A stretch of DNA of 37,915 nt from Lysobacterales bacterium (GTDB taxonomy: Bacteria > Patescibacteriota > Microgenomatia > Levybacterales > UBA12049), in the NCBI GenBank assembly GCA_035536575.1, contig DATLNW010000014.1, positions 1-37,915 of the forward strand, in the 5' to 3' direction. Shown one piece after another: positions 31,076-37,915 of this stretch. The notes below the pieces were generated by a model. The model had not been told where the DNA came from. It made no database searches and was given only the letters and a program-made list of their open reading frames with translations. Numbering within the stretch: the stretch's first letter is position 1; each line of letters opens with the position of its first letter. The position numbers were made by a program, and so were the translations under genes.

Positions 31076-34000
31076 ATGGAACAAGAAACACAAAAATTGA
31101 CATCAAGGCTCGCCTCCCGATATGATAGGTATAGGAGAAAGCCTATGTCAGAAAGTAGCAGCACAGCATTACTCGACAATATAGATCCTGAGGTTCTTGA
31201 GGCGTGGATACCGCATCTCAAAGCCGCAAAGGGGCAGGATGAGCGCAGCGCGATTTATTCAGCAGCCAAGTTGGGCGCGCGGCCGGGGGACAAAAGCATG
31301 GAGGAGTTGACAAAGGAAGATGTGGACAAGAGGTTTGAAGAAATCGTAACAGCGGAGGAGAAAGAAAGAAGAAGGACAAAGGTTGAGCAGGATGTTGATA
31401 AATTTGTGTTATCGCTAAAAACTCATGAATCCCTAGAAGGTAAATCGCACCCGATGTATGAGCTAAATGGCAAAAAAGGCATACGCAAAGAAAAATTAAG
31501 AGATATAGATATAAAGGACTGGACTGAATTTGGCTGGGGAGATAGAGAAAAAAGTCAGGTCGAGGAAAAATTAGCAACAATATTGGGTTGGCAAAAAAAA
31601 GATAAGAGGATAAATAATGCAATTGATATATTGGTCGCCTCAGGACAAACAGCTCAAACAGTGTTGGATGAGCTTCAAAATCCACCAGATTTTACGCTGA
31701 CTGAGGAAGACCGGCAAAGCATAAGGCAAAACCCAAGATTGACACCCCATGGTGTTGTAGCTTCTAAAAAGCTTAGCTTGTTCACTGACTTAAATATAGA
31801 CGAGAAATATGCAAAACGGTTCGTATTGCAGGATGAGTTTGCTGACGAGCTGGAAAACTACGATTATCAGGAAGATCCAGGTAACATAGAGGAGATTGCC
31901 TGGCAGGTGATGCATCACTATAAACATGATGAGTGGGGGCCTAATGGTAAATTCCCGCTTCTTGAGATGAGAATAGCAAAAGACGCAAATGGAAAAGTGG
32001 ATCCTGAAAAAAGCAAATATTATATAAGTCAAAAGAACTTCGTCCGCTGGGCACGGGAGCGCATGTGGAATCTCTGGGATATCAACAATGACGTAGGAGA
32101 CTTTGTCTCGGCGATTGAGCTCCCCAAGAGGTATAGTAAGTTGACTTTTGGCCAAATGTTTCCTGAATGGAGCAAGTACTTTGCCTCAGAAGATGGGGAT
32201 ACGCATTATGGATTGATGGCCCAGGAGTTGATAGTTGAGTCTTATGGTCTTGGAGCCATGAATCAGATGTCTGCTAAATACAAGCAGGAGATGCGGGATC
32301 CTGATGGGCTTCAAAAAGCCGTTGGTGAGATGTTCGCTGGGAACGCATTTACCAAAGAAACGTTCCGTAAAAATCTTCTGGAGCTTATGACTATAATGCC
32401 TCTTAATTATGAGGGAAATGAGCCTGGGCAGCTTTTGGAGAATGACGGGATATTTGGAGGCGCTATGATGGAGATGTTCCTGGCCTACTATAACCTATCT
32501 GATTTTGATGAACTACAAAAACTGATAGGAAAAGGCTCAAGCTTTTTTACAAAAGAAGGATACATGCAGGCACTCCAGAGCGTTGTTTTTGATAAAACAA
32601 CCGAATCATCAGGGGAGGCCAATCCGACTGTCCTAAATGCAGCGACCCAGAAAGCGCTTGATAATGCATTTGATGAAAACGGCCAGATAACAAAAGATAG
32701 CCATAAGGATAATTTTATTGACCTGATCAACTTTTTCGGTAATAAACTCAACAACCCGGATGCTGAATACACAGTAAGAAGAATGTTGTATAGGGTAATT
32801 GCTGAAAAATACGGCCGGGTAGTCAAGAAAGAAAACGGAGAGGTACAGACAGACACGGTAGTTGTAGATGGTGTAGCGAGAGAAGTTGTCAGATACGGCT
32901 TGACATCTGATGATGAAGGGAAAAATGAAGATACCTTCACGCAGCGCATGGCATGGGTTGGGGCAAATGCCATGGCCCGGGTATTTGGGGCAGGGGCTAG
33001 AAACGATACTACAGCACAGGGCTATGACGGCATGACCAAGATGCATCTTTTCGAAACATATAGAAATAAAATGCTTAATAAAAATGCGGATGAGCACGGT
33101 AATCCTTATACTATTCATCAATTTAAAGTTCTCGCAATGGATCCGTTTAATGCGATGACTACTGAGAGCTGGGAGTATATAAAAGATGAGAACGGAAAAA
33201 TAAAAACAGACAAAAACGGTAATCCTCTGACGCGGCAAAAACCTGTTATGGAGGTACTCCGTGAGATGCAGGCCACAATGTCAACTTATTCTGCTCAACT
33301 CCGCCAGAAAGAAATCGCGTATGAAAACGAGACCGATGAAGCAAAAAAAGCTGAGAAACTGAAAGACCTGAATGAATTCAGGACCCAGAAGAACAGAAGA
33401 TATCTAAATAAAGCAGGAGAGCTTACTTTTAATGCCCGCGCGATGTCAAATTATTATGATGATCATTTGATGCGCGCCCATGAAACTTACAAGCTTATTT
33501 TGGGCGCTCAGGAAGTGAAGATGGAGAAGTATGTAGCGTATGATGCATGGGGTGGGGTATCCTTCAACAGGGAGCAATTTCAGGAAGATATACAGCATAA
33601 GGTCATTCATCCGATCAGATATTTCCTCAATACTTATCCTGATGTTAAATATAACCAGAAATTCCGTATGCTTGACCAGGCAGCTACGATTCGTGAACAC
33701 AGACCAATGTACCGTGTAATGACACTTGGGGAGGCTATGTTTGGCCATGAGCTACTTAACCGTGAGCAGTTCTGGTTGAGGGATAAGAGAGGTAAGCCCA
33801 TCGAGATGAGGGACAAGAACGGGCGCAAGATGAAAGGATTATATGAAATTGATTACGATAAGCTCGAGACAACGGATGGAAAAGTGCAAGTTTGGAAGCA
33901 GTTTTTTATGACCAAGCTGGCCGGGGACCTTCATGCTCATAGGGCATTTCATAGTTCTGATAACAGATTCGATATCAATTACTACAATAACGTATTAAAA

Positions 34001-34249
34001 GCCGTAGAAAGTATACCCAAAGGCCTTGAGGGAGATGAATTTAGCATAAGAGATCAGACAAGGGAAGGTAATTTCTTTGATAAAAAAGACATGAAATGGT
34101 TCAAGCAAGCTATAAAAGTTGAGAATTATGACCTGTTCTTAAGGGCTGTATTTAAAGATATTTTCTTGCCTGATGAGAAAGAAGGAGGGATAGGAATTCT
34201 TTTGTTCTTTACTCTGGCAGCGCGGGAAATAATCAGACGGGAGGGGTAG
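31076..34249 (+). CDS. hypothetical protein of about 1050 aa (alternative start ATG 31145 has AGGAGA 6 nt upstream)
   Basis: uninterrupted ORF; hydrophobic C-terminal GGIGILLFFTLAA; no recognisable motif. Confidence 0.85.
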   Translation: MEQETQKLTSRLASRYDRYRRKPMSESSSTALLDNIDPEVLEAWIPHLKAAKGQDERSAIYSAAKLGARPGDKSMEELTKEDVDKRFEEIVTAEEKERRRTKVEQDVDKFVLSLKTHESLEGKSHPMYELNGKKGIRKEKLRDIDIKDWTEFGWGDREKSQVEEKLATILGWQKKDKRINNAIDILVASGQTAQTVLDELQNPPDFTLTEEDRQSIRQNPRLTPHGVVASKKLSLFTDLNIDEKYAKRFVLQDEFADELENYDYQEDPGNIEEIAWQVMHHYKHDEWGPNGKFPLLEMRIAKDANGKVDPEKSKYYISQKNFVRWARERMWNLWDINNDVGDFVSAIELPKRYSKLTFGQMFPEWSKYFASEDGDTHYGLMAQELIVESYGLGAMNQMSAKYKQEMRDPDGLQKAVGEMFAGNAFTKETFRKNLLELMTIMPLNYEGNEPGQLLENDGIFGGAMMEMFLAYYNLSDFDELQKLIGKGSSFFTKEGYMQALQSVVFDKTTESSGEANPTVLNAATQKALDNAFDENGQITKDSHKDNFIDLINFFGNKLNNPDAEYTVRRMLYRVIAEKYGRVVKKENGEVQTDTVVVDGVAREVVRYGLTSDDEGKNEDTFTQRMAWVGANAMARVFGAGARNDTTAQGYDGMTKMHLFETYRNKMLNKNADEHGNPYTIHQFKVLAMDPFNAMTTESWEYIKDENGKIKTDKNGNPLTRQKPVMEVLREMQATMSTYSAQLRQKEIAYENETDEAKKAEKLKDLNEFRTQKNRRYLNKAGELTFNARAMSNYYDDHLMRAHETYKLILGAQEVKMEKYVAYDAWGGVSFNREQFQEDIQHKVIHPIRYFLNTYPDVKYNQKFRMLDQAATIREHRPMYRVMTLGEAMFGHELLNREQFWLRDKRGKPIEMRDKNGRKMKGLYEIDYDKLETTDGKVQVWKQFFMTKLAGDLHAHRAFHSSDNRFDINYYNNVLKAVESIPKGLEGDEFSIRDQTREGNFFDKKDMKWFKQAIKVENYDLFLRAVFKDIFLPDEKEGGIGILLFFTLAAREIIRREG

Positions 34250-34285
34250 GGAATAGGCGATCGGGGTTTTTAAATAACTTTCAGC

Positions 34286-36631
34286 CTAATGCTTTTCTTT
34301 ATTCTCAAGATCTTCAAATAGTCTCTCCCAGTCAGCTTCATGCATCTGAGCTATATCCTCAGGGCCCTTATTCTCAAGTGCATCTTCAAGGTGAAGAGTG
34401 ATATTTTGTTTGGTAGTTGCGGATTTAGATCCTGCTTTTTTTAGCTTGTCCAAATACTCATCAGCTTTCTTTCCTATAAAGCCTGATTTAGCCTCTCCAT
34501 CTGTCTTGCCTGAGACTGTTACATGGCCTGCCGTGATTGTAACAGTGCCGGCTTCACGTGATACAGATCCTTTAGGTTCAGGTCTAGGCATGTCAAATGC
34601 TTTTCTTGGATTTTCTCCAGAAAGTTTTTCTTCGGATTTGCCCCAGCCGATGAATGGTATGCGTCCTTCTCCGCTTTCGCCTTTCATTCTCCCCTTCAGT
34701 CTGTCTCTCAATCTACGTTTTCCTTTGCTTTCGCCTGAGGTGCCTTCTCCTGATCCACCTTCTTTTTCGCCATTTCTTGCATTCCTTCTTCCGCGATAAC
34801 CCAATGGTATTTCGCCATGATTTTTTGCTATTATTTCTTCTCCTTGAGCAGTCTTCCAGAATGCATGGTCTTTGTCCCGGTATGCTTCTTTTACTTGTCT
34901 CCGTTTCCAATCAACTGATTCATAACCACCGCTCTTTGCAGCGCGTCTCTCCTCAATCCTTCTTTTAGTAGCACCCTTGAAAGGATTCAAGCCAGATGTA
35001 CTAGCACGGTTCAAAGCCCAGTCTCCTGCTTTATCTTTGGCAACGGCCATAGCACCAACGGCATGGCCTGTACTGTCGTGTCTGTTGAGATGTTTCATGG
35101 CACGTGATGCTGGTCCACCTATGATAGCAGCACCTCCTGCAATACCTGCTGCGACAAGGCCCGGGGAGCCAATACCCTTAACACCCATTTTCTCCTTCAG
35201 AATAGTATTTATTGAGGGTGCTATAAGAAGGGCGCCAAACGCCAGAAGAGCGCCAAAATTGGCTCCGTTATTGTGTCCTATGAGAGGGGGGATAAAATTG
35301 TTCGGATCAGCAGCAGTGCCGTTTGGGGGACTATAGACATCCATAAGTACCCGTGCCGCGACAATCAGGAAAGCGGTTAGGGGGAAAACGGCTATATTCA
35401 CGAAAAGTGCTCTGAGCCATTTTTCAAATCCAAGAGGCTTTGTCGGGAGCAGGCCAAAAACAATATAAATAGGACTGACAATTATGTAGACAAGAGTAAA
35501 TAGATAGGCCTTAATTAGCTGGAACCACAGCCGGAAAAGGGAAACTAAGAGCACAACTAAGATAATTAATACAACCACAATGCTTGCCAACCACCCAAAG
35601 AAACTGGCAATACATGAACCAGGGTTAATGTTAGGAGTAGGTATAAATCCAAGTTTTTTATCAATTTTAATACACTTATCTCCCTCATCAACTCCCAAAA
35701 GGTTTCTTATAATATCGCGAAGCATAGTGCTTACACCACCTGAGACCTTATCGGTTATATGGAATACACCGCCGTTGTCTTTTGCAGCACTGCCTGTATG
35801 GAAAACATTATTTACATAAACCAATGGAATTTCCAGAAGATTTCTTGAGGCCATTTCCCCAAGGGGAGTGTTGCCTTTGTCTGTTGGTATCTGAACAGGG
35901 CTTGAAACACTTATCAGATTAACACCTGCATAGGTGGTCACCCACATCAAATCAACCATAAGGGCTGCAATTCCATAAGAAAAAGTAATAAGGATAATCG
36001 ATATAATCACCTTTGGAATCTGATTCTGAATACTCATAACAGTCCGGGGGTCGATTTTTACCCTGAGCATAATACCAATCCCAATAAGTACAAAAGCGAG
36101 CGTCAGGAGGATATATGCAATATTGCGTACTGTTTCCCAAAGCTTGAGAATAGGACGCAGGGCATTAAATCCATAACTGTCTTCCTGAGCATAAGCCGGC
36201 TTTACAATGCCGAAGTTTTTCGCAAGATACTCCGTATAAAGACCGGTTGTCGCGGGCTGCTGATAGGTCATGGATATCATTTCAGTTGTCATCCCAAGCA
36301 TTCCACCAACCAAGGGGTGACCGTTTTCATCAAGCTGCGGTTTGATAAGGCCGATTTTGCGGGTCTGCGGATTTATCCCAAGGCACCCCAAGCTCGGGTC
36401 TATCGGATCAATTCCTGAGATCTGACAAATCAGGGCTGATATTACTTCAATTGTTGTGGCTTGTGCGAAGGTATGTTGATTTTGAGGGACATTGGAATCA
36501 AGATTGGGGGAGTTAAATGAATTAACCGGATTGGAGGCAGGGTGGTTGCCTGAGGTCTGCGCAAACGATTTGTGCGGGACAACTATTAATAAAAATAGCG
36601 CAAAACTGAAGAAAATAAAAAACCGAAGCAC
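34286..36631 (-). CDS. large polytopic membrane protein, possibly TrbL/VirB6-like (GTG 36631 proposed; ORF-track ATG is at 36772)
   Basis: signal-like MLRFFIFFSFALFLLIVVPHKSFA-Q, about 6-7 TMs, long G/K/R/E-rich C-terminal tail; family call is topology-based only. Confidence 0.55.
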   Translation of the reverse strand: MLRFFIFFSFALFLLIVVPHKSFAQTSGNHPASNPVNSFNSPNLDSNVPQNQHTFAQATTIEVISALICQISGIDPIDPSLGCLGINPQTRKIGLIKPQLDENGHPLVGGMLGMTTEMISMTYQQPATTGLYTEYLAKNFGIVKPAYAQEDSYGFNALRPILKLWETVRNIAYILLTLAFVLIGIGIMLRVKIDPRTVMSIQNQIPKVIISIILITFSYGIAALMVDLMWVTTYAGVNLISVSSPVQIPTDKGNTPLGEMASRNLLEIPLVYVNNVFHTGSAAKDNGGVFHITDKVSGGVSTMLRDIIRNLLGVDEGDKCIKIDKKLGFIPTPNINPGSCIASFFGWLASIVVVLIILVVLLVSLFRLWFQLIKAYLFTLVYIIVSPIYIVFGLLPTKPLGFEKWLRALFVNIAVFPLTAFLIVAARVLMDVYSPPNGTAADPNNFIPPLIGHNNGANFGALLAFGALLIAPSINTILKEKMGVKGIGSPGLVAAGIAGGAAIIGGPASRAMKHLNRHDSTGHAVGAMAVAKDKAGDWALNRASTSGLNPFKGATKRRIEERRAAKSGGYESVDWKRRQVKEAYRDKDHAFWKTAQGEEIIAKNHGEIPLGYRGRRNARNGEKEGGSGEGTSGESKGKRRLRDRLKGRMKGESGEGRIPFIGWGKSEEKLSGENPRKAFDMPRPEPKGSVSREAGTVTITAGHVTVSGKTDGEAKSGFIGKKADEYLDKLKKAGSKSATTKQNITLHLEDALENKGPEDIAQMHEADWERLFEDLENKEKH

Positions 36632-36751
36632 GAAATCCGAAATCCGAAACAAATTCAAATTTTCAAAATCCGAATGCCCAAAATGTTTTAGATTTTTATA
36701 ATTTGTATTTTGATATTGTTTCGATTTTCGATATTCTAATTTCGAATTTGC
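36625..36751 (-). repeat. family D heptad hairpin, copy D2
   Basis: reverse complement shares long blocks with D1, e.g. CGAAATTAGAATATCGAAA and GTTTCGGATTTCGGA. Confidence 0.85.
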
Positions 36752-36884
36752 ATACCCGGCAGGGAGGCGCATAGTTATTTTAGTTTGAGGTATTTTGAGT
36801 GGGTTGTCAAGGGCGGGACGATATAAATTTTCTTTGAAAATTTAAACGTCCCCAGCCACGTTTCCCGATTAAATCGGGATTACG

Positions 36885-36974
36885 TGGCGGAGGGAGGGGG
36901 ATTCGAACCCCCGATAACCTTGCGGTCATACGAGCTTTCCAAGCCCGCGCACTAGGCCACTATGCGATCCCTCC
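36885..36974 (-). tRNA. tRNA-Ser (anticodon GGA), CCA encoded
   Basis: hand-folded: acceptor GGAGGGA/TCCCTCC, D stem GCA/TGC, anticodon stem CGGGC/GCTCG, loop TTGGAAA, long variable arm, T arm GGGGG-TTCGAAT-CCCCC. Confidence 0.9.
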
Positions 36975-36982
36975 AAATTGGC

Positions 36983-37049
36983 GTATGGCTAATAGCTTAT
37001 AGCTAATAGTTATAATTTCCATCTGCTATTTGCCATCTGCCATTAGCCG
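36983..37049. repeat. family F heptad hairpin between NUDIX and tRNA-Ser
   Basis: TATGGCT AATAGCT TATAGCT AATAGTT .. CCATCTG CTATTTG CCATCTG CCATTAG; right arm overlaps the NUDIX stop. Confidence 0.8.
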
Positions 37050-37481
37050 TTTTGCTTCCTGCCACACTTTTTTGTCCGCTTTGAAAGTTAGCCTTTCTTC
37101 AACCCCATCAGTGGGTATCCATTCAACATTCTCCATTTCCATATCATGCTTTGCTATATCACCTGATAAATACTCCATAATAAAATAATAAACAGTCTTT
37201 TTAATTTTTTCCTTTTCCCACACATACCAATATGTGACAGGGGAGAGGGGCTTTAAGATTTTTCCGATCACACCGGTCTCTTCCTCAACTTCACGCAGAG
37301 CTGCTTCTTCCCTTGTCTCTTTTTTATGGGCATCGATCAGGCCTTTGGGAAAAACCCAGCCATGATGTTGGGAATGTTGTGCAACAAGAATTAAAATAGT
37401 TTTCGCGTGGTTTCGCGAGTTGTTTTTCCGCATGGTTTCGCGCTTATATACAATGCCACCTGCTGAAAACTCGAACTTCAT
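37026..37481 (-). CDS. NUDIX hydrolase (ATG 37481 preferred over the TTG at 37502)
   Basis: Nudix box GWVFPKGLIDAHKKETREEAALREVEEETGV. Confidence 0.88.
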   Translation of the reverse strand: MKFEFSAGGIVYKRETMRKNNSRNHAKTILILVAQHSQHHGWVFPKGLIDAHKKETREEAALREVEEETGVIGKILKPLSPVTYWYVWEKEKIKKTVYYFIMEYLSGDIAKHDMEMENVEWIPTDGVEERLTFKADKKVWQEAKRLMADGK

Positions 37482-37482
37482 A

Positions 37483-37595
37483 ATAAATATATTAAATATC
37501 AAAAATTAAAAAGTAAAAACACAGATTCAGCGTTTTTATTATTTTTCATCTTTTATATGTATTTTTAATCTTTAATGTTTAATTTTTAATTTTGA
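37483..37595. repeat. family B-like AT-rich heptad hairpin, copy B5
   Basis: ..ATATCAAAAATTAAAAAGTAAAAAC.. / ..TTTTTAATCTTTAATGTTTAATTTTTAATTTTG. Confidence 0.6.
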
Positions 37596-37705
37596 AAGCT
37601 GTTTATAAAGTTATTATAAAGCTGCATTGAGCAATTTAGGTTACAATCTTCTTGTAATTATACCTGATAAGCGTGATATTTGCATAAATTGAAAGGAGGA
37701 TATAA

Positions 37706-37915
37706 AATGACAGAGAACGAATATATGTCAGACGGAACAACAACACCACCAGGCGAAGGAGAAGTACCGGTAGGACCACTACCACTTGATCCTGCTGAGA
37801 GGCCTGCTGCTCCGGAGCCGGATAGCGGCGTTGTTGGGGATGTTGAGCCTACGCCAATTTCGGAAAATCCTGTATCTGAATCTAGTAAGTTTTTAGATTC
37901 ATTGCTTGAGGAAGC
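37706..37915 (+). CDS. 5' part of an unknown protein (P/E-rich N-terminus), runs off the window
   Basis: AGGAGG 7 nt upstream of the ATG; open frame to the window end (MTENEYMSDGTTTPPGEGEVPVGPLPLDPAE..). Confidence 0.6.

Noticed and set aside
32200-32280. YGLMAQ...ES segment in the 1057-aa protein, considered as a lytic transglycosylase (SLT) GLMQ motif, which would make it a VirB1-like component.
   Set aside because: The spacing and order relative to a catalytic Glu-Ser do not match the SLT pattern as I recall it, so this is probably a chance match.
31218-33828. Minus-strand ORFs inside the 1057-aa gene (31218-31685, 31790-32155, 32488-32973, 32633-33238, 33446-33748, 33634-33828).
   Set aside because: They overlap each other and an uninterrupted 3.1-kb plus-strand ORF, and their translations are hydrophobic or low-complexity.
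34398-35819. Plus-strand ORFs (34398-34799, 34654-34968, 34977-35336, 35580-35819) antisense to the large membrane protein gene.
   Set aside because: They are nested antisense frames within a 2.3-kb ORF that has a coherent TM topology.
36632-36772. 47-codon N-terminal extension of the membrane protein from ATG 36772.
   Set aside because: It is a direct translation of the family D repeat, which is non-coding upstream of rplQ. It has no SD, and a signal-peptide-like sequence begins at the in-frame GTG at 36631. This is not fully excluded.
20796-36884. Calling the whole accessory region an integrative or conjugative element at tRNA-Ser.
   Set aside because: No integrase, relaxase, VirB4/VirD4 or tRNA-derived direct repeat is visible in the window. 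Only the small rpsI-tail duplication around the TA cassette is supported.
1-37915. Alternative genetic code (UGA recoding, as in some CPR lineages).
   Set aside because: TGA terminates well-conserved genes at the expected lengths (for example rplC at 2729-2731 and the ATGA overlaps at rpmC/rpsQ, rpsQ/rplN and rplX/rplE). All conserved proteins are also full length under the standard code.

Overview
AT-rich bacterial window using the standard genetic code (TGA is used as a stop). Positions 1-20.8 kb hold tuf plus an S10-spc-alpha ribosomal superoperon running rpsJ to rplQ, then rplM and rpsI. There is no rpmD between rpsE and rplO, which together with the gene content suggests a Candidate Phyla Radiation/Patescibacteria-like genome (inference). 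cmk, an HD hydrolase and a hicBA cassette are intercalated. Positions 20.8-36.9 kb form an accessory region bounded by the rpsI 3' end and tRNA-Ser(GGA). It holds a RelE/ParE-type TA pair, two divergent G+C-richer orphan genes, and small secreted or membrane proteins. It also holds a Cas4-like Fe-S PD-(D/E)XK nuclease, two TrbC/VirB2-type pilin-like paralogs, a P-loop ATPase fused to an OmpR-type wHTH, a roughly 1050-aa orphan and a large polytopic membrane protein that may be VirB6/TrbL-like. No VirB4/VirD4-type ATPase, integrase or transposase is visible. The most unusual feature across the whole window is the intergenic DNA. Nearly every spacer longer than 45 nt is a hairpin whose two arms are short tandem units (7, 8, about 10 or about 13 nt) and their complements. 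These fall into several families, usually abut the next start codon and sometimes extend into coding sequence. Other observations are a GC-rich MITE-like palindrome inserted in frame in the regulator gene and both TA cassettes flanked by imperfect direct repeats that duplicate host sequence. Many accessory genes also show a -10 box 6-9 nt from the ATG, implying leaderless mRNAs. All functional calls rest on motifs read by eye; no searches were run.
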